DNA of 64,000 nucleotides, taken from contig OX597831.1 of the NCBI GenBank assembly GCA_951406725.2, positions 61,132,001 to 61,196,000 of the forward strand, in the 5' to 3' direction. This stretch comes from Octopus vulgaris (lineage: Eukaryota). Position 1 is the stretch's first letter. Each line of letters begins with the position of its first letter. The translations under genes were made by a program, and so were the position numbers. Below are positions 28,960-40,866 of this stretch, one piece after another. The notes beneath the pieces are model-generated. The model was not told the DNA's origin. It did no database searches and saw only the letters and a program-made list of their open reading frames with translations.

Positions 28960-29955
28960 TTTTTCTAGTTTCAGCTCAGAGCTCCGGCCAAGCTGATGCA
29001 CCGCCGTTTTGTGCTACACTGTTATTAGGACGAACCTCGTCTAATATGTGGCACTAGGTGAAGAATGGAGTTTGACATAGCTACTCTCATTTGCCCCTCT
29101 TGCTGTGAGGTAGGTTCATCTGGGACTCTCACAGGAAGATGTCCAGCTTTGATTTAAAAACTGCTACATCTACTTTGTGCAAGCTTCTCAGACTCTTTGG
29201 GAGAATATTAAAAAGCTGTGGGCCCTGGAAACCCAGGCTGTTGCAGAAGCTGGTCCTGAAGCGTGATTGCATTGCTGGGATCTTTGGCACTATGCAGTGT
29301 CGTTCCGTTCTAGCATTGATGTAGCTTACAATGCCAAAATTTGACACAATTCCTTCCAGGATCTTCCAGACATATATTACCGCATACCTCTCCCGTCTTC
29401 TCTCCAGGGAGTAGAGTCTTAGCTGTTTCAACCTTTCCCAGTAGCTAAGCTGTTCCAAAGAGACGATCTTCTTTGTGAATCTTCTTTGGATTGCTTGAAG
29501 GTCCGCTGTTAATTTTACACTGGTGGGTGACCATAGCTGTGAGCAGTAATCCAGTCAGCTGAGGACGAATGTCCGCCAGAGGACCATCATGGTTTCCTTA
29601 TCTCTGGGTCTGAATGTTCTTAGGATCCATCCAGCCAGCCGTCTGCACTTTGTCACCATCTTGGTAATGTGCACTTGGAAAGAGATATCATCATTCATGT
29701 CGATACCTAGGTCCCTCACAGGCTTAGGCTCTGGGATTGAAATTCCCTGTGGACTGGTGTATCCTGTAAGTTTAATATTCAGTTTTGGATGCTGGTAGCG
29801 CAGGGCCTGGAATCTTTCAGCATTAAACTGCTTATTATTATCCTCAGCCCATCTGTAGATTGAGTCTAACTCCTGGTGCAGGTGTGCAACATCGCTGGGG
29901 TTCTGTATTTTCTGCGAGACTTTCGTATCGTCTGCATAGCTTGCCAGAGTGGCTA
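28960..29955 (-). mobile_element. 5'-truncated CR1-like LINE (RT C-terminus and 3' UTR)
   Basis: YADDTK motif near 29920-29938 (minus); LSYWERLKQLRLYSLERRRERYAVIYVWKILEG; 3' end ...GCTGAAACTAGAAAA. Confidence 0.92.
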
Positions 29956-29983
29956 TATTATATATATATATTATATATATATA

Positions 29984-30042
<59 letters not shown>

Positions 30043-30651
30043 CATATACATTCAAACACATATGTGCACGCACACATACATAGATGTGTGTGTGTGTTTG
30101 CATGTGTTTTAGTGTATGTGTGTATTTGTGTGCGTGTGTGTGTATGTGTTTGTCTGGCTGTGCGTGTGTCTGTGTGTGTTCATAGTGAATTAGCGTTTTC
30201 TAAAACTATCTGGATCTTTAGAAGAGAAATACGAAAAGCTGTTTCAATGGTAAATCATACAACAAATGGTAGCAGCTTATGCTGAGTGCTGTGTGGAAAC
30301 AAGGAAGTGTCGAGAAAACTAAGCACTTGAACTGGGTCGGATTAAGAATATATTTCACAGACTTAGCCTGACAAAGTCCGAGTATCAAATTTTACTTTGA
30401 TTCTCCTAACCATCAAGGCATACAAAGTCAGTTTGGTTAAACTCAGAATCACAGAATCATGGACTTTGCATCTGTGAACAACGCATAATCGACAACTTTG
30501 TATACGTACATTATATGAGTTCAAATATCATGTGCATTATAGATGCATTCTTTATTGTAACTCTCTGTGTCTACTATAAATGTGTTTTGTATCTGTAATA
30601 TATGAGAAAATTGGTTCTATTAATATTTGCACAAATTTTCTCTCTCTCTCT

Positions 30652-30699
<48 letters not shown>

Positions 30700-31308
30700 T
30701 TGTTTCTTGTTTCTTACCGAAAGCAGTTTTCTTTTATTTCTGTGATATCTAATTCTATATTAACAGTTAAATTATTCCACAGTGTGTTTTGCGTCATATC
30801 TTTACTCCACAGCTGTTTTGCTAACATCCAATAAAATTTCTCATTTTTATATCTACAAAACTAAAAAGAAATAATAAACTAGAGCTCTTTCCAAATATTT
30901 TAATGTCCAGTGTGATTTTATCGCCAAAAACTGCAATTTTATACCTCAATTGCTATTGGATATGTCTGCCAATGAAATACGCCAATTATCTGCATAAAAT
31001 CTTCCACATACTAATATTTTGCTTTGAGATAAGCCAACAGCTCAGTGGTTATTTTCTGAAATATGGTTGCTAATATCTTAAAGTTTTGCTGTCATATTTA
31101 TTCTCATTAATATACGTATGTAAAAGCACACATAATCGTAAACCGAAACACACGCACACACAAAAATACACGAAACACACATATAGAATGTTAGCGTGTA
31201 CATAGTCACAATTATAAACACACCACTAACTGACTACATATATGTACTTATATATGTATGTGTGTGTGTGTGCGACCGCGCACACACATGAACATAGTTG
31301 GAGAGAAG

Positions 31309-31340
<32 letters not shown>

Positions 31341-31817
31341 TATATACACACACACACACACATGGCTGTATGAATATGTGTGTGTGTGAGGAGGTTTCTG
31401 TGTGCGTGAGTATATGCTTATGCATCTATGTGCATGGATTTTAAGAAAAACGAAATTCTAGATGTACACGTACTGGAATCATCTAAAAGATAGATTTTAT
31501 TCGCGGTTTATTACCAGATTTAAGTCCAAGTACTGAACTTTATACTAACAGCCTTCTAAAGAAGACCAATAAAGTTTGTTTTGTAAAATTTTTAAATTCT
31601 CCTTTTCATCAAGCGCTCGCACTAAATTTGCATTTCGAAATTAATATGAAAAGGCAGCACTTTTTAACCCGTACACTTTTTTTTTATCAAAGAATAAAAG
31701 ACGGAAAAATAGACAAGGCAAAGTCATTACGTGCTTCTAACTTGCAGGATTTCAAAGTGAAACTGGAGATTACAAAAAAAAAAAATGACTGTCTAAACAA
31801 TGATCGTTAGAGGAGTA

Positions 31818-31992
31818 CTCTTTTTACTCTTTTACTTGTTTCAGTCATTTTGGCTGCGGCCATTCAGGAGCACCGCCTTTAGTCGAGCAAATCGACCTCA
31901 GGACTTATTCTTTGTAGGCCTAGTACTTATTATATCGGTCTCTTTTGCCGAACCGCTAAGTTATGAGATGTAAACACACCAGCATCGGTTGA
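31818..31992 (-). mobile_element. 3' part of the dominant SINE
   Basis: Family tail and GCCGAACCGCTAAG block. Confidence 0.85.
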
Positions 31993-32031
31993 AACCAATG
32001 GTTGCTTTATCATACACATAAAAAAGCATAC

Positions 32032-32198
<167 letters not shown>

Positions 32199-32250
32199 TA
32201 TAGATATAACTAATGGTTTCCTAAATTATCCTTCACGAAAATGAAAATGA

Positions 32251-32930
32251 AGTACCATGATATACCGCACATATCAATATAACTTCGTAGTTGAGAATAT
32301 GTTCGAGTTTTGTGATATGAGAAGATGTTAAAATTTTGCTTGTTGGTCTTTCGACTGATGTCCGGCGATAGTGAAAAATGAAATTTCTGTGTTTTGCATG
32401 AGAGATTGGGGATATTGCTCGGGGCATAAGGTAAAATGTGATAATAGTTGGGATTACCTAAGCTCCTGTCTTAATTATTGTGAGGAAGGCCTGATGATGT
32501 TAGTACGAGATGATCTGAAAGTAGTATATGAGCATTAAGTTTGAAATAAAGCAGCTGTAACGGTACAATAAGTTAAAAGAGAAAGAAAATGTGTACACGG
32601 ATGGACTATGTTGAAAGACATTTTTTTGTCACTGCTTGTAGTTTTTCACAGTATATATGGCCATATAGACAAAGCATGAAGTATTCCAGATTTCACTGGG
32701 AAATCAATGGAAATGCTATCAAACAATGAAATCGAGAGAATGGTGGTTATTTGGGTAAAGTTGTTGGATAACCTTCACTCCGTGGTGTATATGTTGTCCG
32801 TATGGAGAGGTGGGACAGATGTTGTTACAGGTGAAGGCACCTTTGACAACAAGTTTAATTTTGATCTAAAAGATATCTAGACAAGTAGTTATGCGACATA
32901 TTTTTACATTTCCTCATCTAAAATGGTTAT
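32251..32930 (+). pseudogene. Degraded Cys-rich reading frame, candidate viral class II fusion glycoprotein (Gc-like) remnant
   Basis: Read-through translation STMIYRTYQYNFVVENMFEFCDMRRC*NFACWSFD*CPAIVKNEISVFCMRDWGYCSGHKVKCDNSWDYLSSCLNYCEEGLMMLVRDDLKVVYEH; Cys/Trp/Gly spacing is reminiscent of the bunyaviral Gc fusion-loop region (by eye). Confidence 0.35.
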
Positions 32931-32933
32931 AGT

Positions 32934-33220
32934 GTAGGCACATGGCCTAGTGGTTAGAGCAGCGGACGCGCAGTCGAGAGATTGTGGGTTTGAAATTCCG
33001 ACCGGGCGATGTGTGTTTATGAGCGAAACACCTAAGCTCCACACGGCTCCGGCTTAAAGTAATGGCGAACTTCTGCCGACTCTTTCGCCACAACTTTCTC
33101 TCACTCTTTCCTCCTGCATCTACCAGCTCACCTGCGACAGACCGGCGTCCCGTCCAGGTGGGGAACCTATACGCCAATGAAACCGGCCCTTATGAGCCAG
33201 GCATGGCTGAAGAAGGAACA
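32934..33220 (+). mobile_element. Full-length tRNA-derived SINE with 14-bp TSD
   Basis: TGGCCTAGTGGTTAGAGCAGCGGAC A box; TSD AAAATGGTTATAGT (32920-32933) / AAAATGTTTATAGT (33221-33234). Confidence 0.88.
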
Positions 33221-33264
33221 AAAATGTTTATAGTATGAAATACTATAACGTGCCAAACAAACTA

Positions 33265-35270
33265 TTACAATACAATAATCCGAATGAATTTAGATATAAG
33301 TAAATTCCTGGATGTTTTAAATTCAAATTTTATATGTTTTCCTTTAATAAGGAATGTTTTGAAATTATTTCTACAAAAACATGTTATTTCTCCACAAAAA
33401 AAGAATGACAATTTTTTCATGACGATATTTCTTCGAAAACTTATGGAATTATGTTCATAATGAAATATTTTCAAAATTATTATCTGAGGTGATTTCTTAA
33501 GATCTACCATCTGTTAAGTTTGATTAATTCTCAGAGTTGTGACCTTTATACTTTACTAATACAAACCTTACCTTGAAATCTACACCTAATGTGACAACTA
33601 CTGTTGTCCGTTAATATAAAATTTAGCTTTCCTTCATTGAATTTTGAATATTTTTCTTAATGTTCTTTCCAATATATTACTAAATTATTATGAAAAAATA
33701 TCCTATTATACTGAAATTTTAGTAACGCTTCTAAAAGGCTCTTATCTTAAAACTTTGTCAATTATTTAAAAGAAAACAAAATGACAAGTTTTTATAATTT
33801 CGCCAAATTTTATTTATTTTAGCTGTTATGGCATTACAAAGATAACCTCTCCACCTTCATTTTTAAATTATAAATTATTAATTCTTAAACAGACACCAAC
33901 GACCTCCAAGTTTTGGAAAAGATATACTAAAACTGTTTGTATTATCATCAATGTCACGCCTTTCTTTACTCTTTTTATGATCTCTCTCCAAAAACTTATT
34001 TCTTTTTGTTATATTTGTAAAGAAATCTCTAAGCTATCATTGGAAATTGTCAATTATTCAGTATTTCGAAAAAATTCTATTAAACACTTGATATTTTTAA
34101 ATGTCTTCCCTAATTCTCAGACGTTATATATAATCTTATACCAAAAGAGATTTGGTAACTTTAAAATATTTAATGTCTTTTGTTATAATCCGACAATATA
34201 CCAAACATTCATCAAGCCTTGTCTAATTAGTTCAAAATTGACATCGTAATTGGGCAGCTATTTCTAAAATAAACACAAACCTATAAAGAAGTAGCGGCAT
34301 TTTCATTATAAAATTACAAAAGAAACAGAACGTAAACCATTAGATAATGCCAAGACACTAACAAATACAGCGTAATCGATAAGGAAGGTTCTACGGTTTC
34401 GTTTATTGTGTTAAACATAGAAGCCACATTTCTTAAATGATATCCTATCGTCTTCAGCAGGACTAAAACAATGAATAACATACTTCTAGAAATTGACAAA
34501 AATTGGGTAATGAAAACTGAATCATCTTTGTTTATACGTCTGCTCAATAAGCGCTAATATTGACTAAACAGGACACCATAATTTAATAAATTCGGCGTCA
34601 ATTTTGTTCTCCACTTTCAAATCTTAGATTAGTCTTTCGCTTACCAGTGATGTTCTTAAATGAAGGCAGCACAGGGAAATTTTTATACGTGTGAAACATA
34701 TAGCGAACTATGGAGTTAATACGATGCTTTGAGTAAAAATACATAAAAAAAGGCCTATCATTTAAATTTAGACCAGTAATTAAGAATAAGTCGGTAATAA
34801 TAATCATAATTCTCTTACCCAGATTAACAATACTTTATGCTTTTCTTAAAAACTTTCCATATATTTTCACAGTAATTGTAAATTCCTGCATGGATAAATA
34901 GCTTAAGCTTAGTTGAAGCTGTCTCGTAAGGGGTCCGGAGTTCTCACTCTACTTAAGAAAGATCAACCCATTCTCTATAAATGGCCACATTGAATTAATC
35001 AATCTCTTCGTTTGGTTAAATATTATTTCGTCGCATTGCATTAAGTACTTTAGCCCTATTTATGTAAATGTAAGTTATCATGGAATGGGTGTCATACTTC
35101 ACTGCCTTTACAATGTTAATAGGTGTCTTTCCTAACACCATCAAATTATGGAATGGGCAAACAACGAAGTAAACGTTGGGAACAGAAGCACTAAAATAAC
35201 CTGCCTCATACAACACTATTGTACAATACTGTGAAACTAAATCAAATGGTAATCCACGTGAACCAAATAA
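33265..35270 (-). pseudogene. ~2-kb degraded intronless reading frame, candidate bunyavirus-like L polymerase remnant
   Basis: Four consecutive minus-strand ORF pieces; LFGSRGLPFDLVSQYCTIVLYEAGYFSASVPNVYFVVCPFHNL and SG*ENYDYYYRLILNYWSKF resemble the post-motif-E thumb region of bunyaviral L proteins (by eye). Confidence 0.4.
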
Positions 35271-35274
35271 TAAT

Positions 35275-35752
35275 GTATGTGTGCCGTCGCGTGCATGTGT
35301 GTGTGACTGACAGGTGACGGTCGTTTAGAGAATGCGCGGGCTAAAACTACGCGCCTTCACTAGTCAGTTAAGGTGAGAGTGTCACGTGATAACTTGCTAG
35401 GGCTGCCTGCTGGAGCCTAGTGGCAGGTATTTAAAGGGGAAAATTTGACAAATCAGTCACCGGCTGACACTCACTGACAATACATCGAAGAGGCCAGGGA
35501 ACAGAAGAAAGAAGAAGAAAGAAGACATGCACCCAACACCAGAGCTGAAGACACCTCGTCAAAACGGTAGAGGTGTAGGGGCCGAAACCGGACGTGGTTC
35601 CTCCTCATGATGTCTTGAGCTAACTGGATCCTATAAAGGAGACCCTTGTGGGTAGTAAAGAAATAGGATCCTATAAAGGAGCTGTTGTGGTAGCAGACCA
35701 CGAAACACGGTTGTAACACCGTATGTGTGCCGTCGCATGCATGTGTGTGTGT
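35275..35752 (+). mobile_element. Penelope-like pseudo-LTR with degenerate hammerhead core
   Basis: ~31-bp terminal direct repeat GTATGTGTGCCGTCGC(G/A)TGCATGTGTGTGTG at 35275 and 35721; TATA-like GGTATTTAAAG; CTGAAGA...CCGAAACC at 35545-35589. Confidence 0.55.
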
Positions 35753-37354
35753 GCGCGCGCGCGTGCATATATCGAATGAGTGAGCATACATAATATTCAT
35801 GTAGCTATTCTATAAAAATACAAACATATTCAATAGTGAAATTGTAGCTCTTTTCTATGTTAAATTACCGCTTAATACCTGTAATATCATTTACAACAAA
35901 GATTTCTATTTCACTCATTAGTTGTAATAACGTCTAAAAATTGTCCGTTTTTATTGCTGTATTGTTTAACTCCGAGTAAGTTTCACTAATCTGGTTTATG
36001 ATAAAAAATACCAGACGTGATCATTCTATCATTATTTTGTTTTACTTCAAGCACATAGTAGCTATTACTACATGCACAAAGCATGTAGTCGGGCCAAAGC
36101 ATGTAGTCCGGATCTATCCGGACCAAAACCTTTTGCGCCAGATATCCCAATAGAACGATGTGACATGAATGTTTGGCTTTGGTTTGTGTCAAATTTCGCA
36201 AGTTGAAAGAACTCTCCTGTACACAACATAACTTCAGATAATAGCTGTAGTTCGCTAAGTGAACTGTTTCATCCTGGCAGTTGACGGATTATTTTCTGTT
36301 CATCCGCTCAGTATCTAGTGGCATTCGACATTGATTCATTGAGTTCCTCTGATAAAATACCTCATATCCAACATATTGCATCCTACAACTTCGACTTACA
36401 ATTTATCAGGTGGTTACATGATATTTAACTGATAAGTGACACCCTGACAGCGACTATTAGAGGGTAAGAGTACACCTAGAAACTATAGGGACTAAGCGGT
36501 GGCTCCAGATTCTTCAAAACCTTGGATTTGTCGAACCAGGACCACGCTTCCGGATGCAGTTTAAAGTTATACTTTGTAAAGAAAGGGGTATAAATTGAAA
36601 GAGATTTGGTTTATAATATACGGGGATAAATAACTATATAGATCTTGTCCTGAAGAACCTTTGTCTGATTTGAGAAATATCTTGAGTAAAACAATAGCAA
36701 CAAGCTAGAGAACACAAGAAACAAATGTAATTTCTTTCCTAGTCAAACACTAAAGGAGAAAATATATTACTGAGAAAGTCAATAAATATATTCATGAATC
36801 AAAATAGTGATATGGTTAAATGGTTTTATTCAAAAGGTTTTGTAAGGAAGTTTTCTTTTAAAAAGTTAGAAAACATATGGCTTCACTAATATTTCCTTTT
36901 TTTACACGGATACGCTGCCATTTTTCCAGTGACGGATGAGAGGATCACTTATACTGATGTTTGTCGAAAGTACATATTCTATAACTGAATGAGTATTAAA
37001 CTGTAAAAGTACGGAATAGGGAACCAACAGATTTATGTGAAATGATGTTACACCAATACTTTACCACGTGAGATATAGGTCCTTCCCTTATTATATTAGA
37101 CATAAACTATTTTTAGAACTAAAATTATATTTTGAACGATAATCATTTTTTTTTCCATAAATTGTATTTCCTACATAAATAAGTAGATTAATATCCAAAT
37201 TTATAGGTGGTAGATTTAATCTAGGGCCTCTTTCTTTTAGCAAATTTTCATTCGCGTGTAAGGGTTAAAACCAGATCTCTCGATGAGGAAAACATGTCAA
37301 ATAATATCAGTCTCAGTTTTTGCCCAAAGTCTGGGAAAAGTTTCCGATACACTT

Positions 37355-37742
37355 TTTCTTGTTTCAGTCATCTGACTACAGTCATGATGGAGCACCGCCT
37401 TGAAGGGTCTTTTTCGAATAAATCGACCCCAGGACTTATTTCTTAAATCTAGTACTTATTTTATCGGTCGGTTTTACCGAACCGCTAAGTTACGGGGATG
37501 TAAACACACCAGCACCGGTTGTTAAGTGGCGATGGGGTGAGGACAAACACATACACAATGATACACACACACATATATGCAACGGGCTTCTTTCAGTTTC
37601 CGTCTACCAAATCCACTCACAAGGTTTTAGTCGGTCCGAGTCTATAGTAGAAGACACTTGCCCAAGGTGCCACTCAGTGGGACAGAACCTGGAATCATGT
37701 GGTTGGGAAACAGGCTTCTTAGCACACAGCCACTTCTGCGCC
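37355..37742 (-). mobile_element. Full-length older copy of the dominant SINE
   Basis: Minus strand starts GGCGCAGAAGTGGCTGTGTG; family body and tail. Confidence 0.88.
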
Positions 37743-38753
37743 TCTATGTTTTCGGTTTATAATTCTACCAGTTTAAAATGATCAGATAATCTTGGTCCCG
37801 GTGTAGTTACCTTATATTCCAAGCGAATGTTTCTATGTCGCTCTGTTTATTAGAAGCGTATAATATATGGCTTCTAGTTTACGATGAAATAAATAAAACT
37901 TCTGTATATTTTAGTCGGGAGAAAGTTATAATACTCGCAGCTGAGATGGCTTGGTCGTTCATTTTCAAAATATGCAAGTTAACTATTCCTGGATAGATAA
38001 AAGCCGGATGATTATTCTATCGATCTGATATGCTGAGAAGCAAAAATTTGAGTGAAATTATTTAGTATGAGTCTACAGATGGGAGACACAGTAGAGCTAG
38101 AGTTGACAGTAGTACATTGGGCAGAAATGATATGGAGCAAGCCAGTTCAGCTAAAAACTTGAATTATATGTAAAAGATGTATCCGTTGAATTATTATTTG
38201 ACTGAAAAAGGCGAAACGTATTAGATTTCACTTTTAAGAAAGTTTTGCTGTAGCCAGGTTGACGAAGAACACCAAAAGTATTCCCGTTGTAGCCAATCTG
38301 TTTTTTGTACATATGGTACTACAGTGTATGTCAAAACATTTTAAAATCCCATGATAAGGCCTGATTTGAGGGAATTTGTTCGTTACTTTTAGCAGATTAA
38401 GCTACAATGTTGAGTCTTATGCGTTTGATACATGATTGCTATTATTTTGGCATACGAGTGTAACTAACTCGGAAAGTACTTCGCTCTCATATATAAGGAG
38501 AAAATACAGCGCTCATTTAAACATTTCTTCAACAGATTCATTTCTTCAGAATACTGAAGCCCAAGTCACACCAGAATGAAGAATTCAACAGGACAGATGC
38601 CTTAACCATTTATGTATTCTGTGGAAATAGAATTTACAGCTTATTTCAAATAAATGAATTGTAACATGTATTTCCTTCATTTCTTCGTGTTCTTTCTCTT
38701 GCTTATTAATAGAAAGAGCTACAGGAAATATAACTGAACGACTATTTCTTCTA

Positions 38754-39743
38754 CGTACGTTTTAAAAGTTATGTAAAGAGAGTTATAAAATTCCAATCTA
38801 CAAATCACACGACTCAGCAAGTTACTATTAAACTTTCTCCTCCTGCAAATTATCTGGTTAATATATATCAATCCACAACTAGCTGCCTGTGGCCTTAGCA
38901 GTTGTCTCCATAGTAAATATATTATGAAATGAGAATAGAGAATGTATTCCAGGTGAAATCTTCCAAGAAAATTTATTTTCTTTAAAAAATTCGAGCTGCC
39001 AAATAGACAATATTTGTATGATACATACAGTTTATATATTTATAAGCGCACAAATTTACAAATCAATAAGGTATTTCTACATAAGATAGACGCGACAAGG
39101 AATGGAGAGCCCCCACACACTGACAGTCCCTTACCCTATTACAAGTGAGTCACCAATATTTTATATTGCTTTTCTTCTGTTGTATCACGTTGTTTAGTTT
39201 TTAGTATACTTTCCTTCGTACACTTATAGGTTGAATAGTAGTTTATATATAAATTAGTACAAAGCATAATTACAAAGGTTATTGCACAAAGCAGTAGCTA
39301 ATATATGCATTGTAGTAGCTAATATGCAAAGAATTGGATGCTAATATCTCTCAATCAGTAACCTCTCTCAACTTATTCATACTTAATTTTTCTTCTTTAA
39401 AGCGTAAGAAATTTGATCAATAAAAATGATGAACCGAGACTTTGATTTGGAAAGGTCATATCTAGGTAATTTAATAGGAATTGGCCATCTGGTCACATAT
39501 TAGCATAGAAGTGTATTAGGACCAAAAAGTACTTAATTAATGAAATGTAATTAAATAAAAGTTACAAGCAAGAGAAACATAGTTTGCGAAATGCTGATAT
39601 GTCAGTTTTCACATAGAAATTGTTTAGAGGAGATATGATAATTCCCATTAAATATAATATTTAATAATCGTAAACATGCTGAGTGATGTGATTTGTAGAT
39701 TGGAAATTTATAACTCTCATTAGATAACATTTAAAACGTCCGT
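38754..39743. mobile_element. ~1-kb element bounded by ~70-bp inverted repeats
   Basis: GAGAGTTATAAAATTCCAATCTACAAATCACA / TGTGATTTGTAGATTGGAAATTTATAACTCTC; no transposase seen. Confidence 0.55.
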
Positions 39744-40591
39744 TGATGTAACTAACAGGACGAATAGGATTTAAATATATTTAAAATAACTAAAGCTAGA
39801 AATATTATGACAAATAAAGAATGTGAGATTGAGAGAGAGAGAGAGCTGATGAAAAATTATAAAATGGTTTTAACTTAGAATCAGATACAATAAAAAATAA
39901 AACTATATCAGCACATTAACTTTTTTTCAAAGAATAAATACTTTATAATTAGAGTTAAAACAGTCAGAACGAATTCAAAGGGTGGAACGGGTGTTTGTTA
40001 CACAAGTATAAAGAATCACGCATTAGTCGTAACTCCCTTAAGTGTCAAGTCAATCTACAGAGAATTGTAGCCTGAAATCAGAACCAAGTATATGAATACT
40101 TCAGAGAACACTTCAAACTTACGCTCCACAAATGAGATTTGAGACTTTGAGAGTTGCCAACATTCACCAGTAGGTTTTTGTTCTCTTTCTCGAATAAAAT
40201 TGGAAAATTTAGTTAATTAATTTTGTATTTTGTTTTTTATATGCCATTCCGAACTTCACCAATTGCATGATTTGCCTCAATTTTAGAATGAAGAATTTTA
40301 GGAAATTAGGAGTTTAATTTCACAAAAATTTTAAGTTACATGCTTAGTAGGAAATCGGATATTTTTCAGAAAGGAGAGATGACATCGTCCTATCGTGTAA
40401 CTTATACCATTTCCCAGTTTGTTTAATATTGTGAACATGAGATAATAATTAGGTGTCAGATAAACACTGTTGGTTTCAGTTTGGTCCTCATGAAGATCTG
40501 TTGTTCAGAAGAAATTGAAATCATTGTTTCCACTGTTCCTACATAAGCCTTAACTTGGATGGTTAAAAAGAATTAGAAACTTTTTAATTAC

Positions 40592-40866
40592 ACTCTTTTA
40601 CTTGTTTCAGTCATTTGACTGTGACCATGCTGGAGCACCACCTTTAGTCGAGCAAATCAACCGCAGGACTTATTCTTTGTAAGCCTAGTACTTATTCTAT
40701 CGGTTTCTTTGGCCGAACAGCTAAGTTACGGTGACGTAAACACATCAGCATCGGTTGTCAAGCGATGTTGGGGGGACAAACACTGACACACAAACATATA
40801 CACACACACATATATATATACATATACATATATACGACGGGCTTCTTTCAGTTTCCGTCTACCAAA
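40592..40866 (-). mobile_element. 5'-truncated dominant SINE
   Basis: Family tail, core and internal microsatellite. Confidence 0.88.

Noticed and set aside
32934-33010. tRNA gene (likewise near 130-207 and 5685-5759)
   Set aside because: tRNA-like head continues into a SINE body, with a TSD in this copy; no intact cloverleaf
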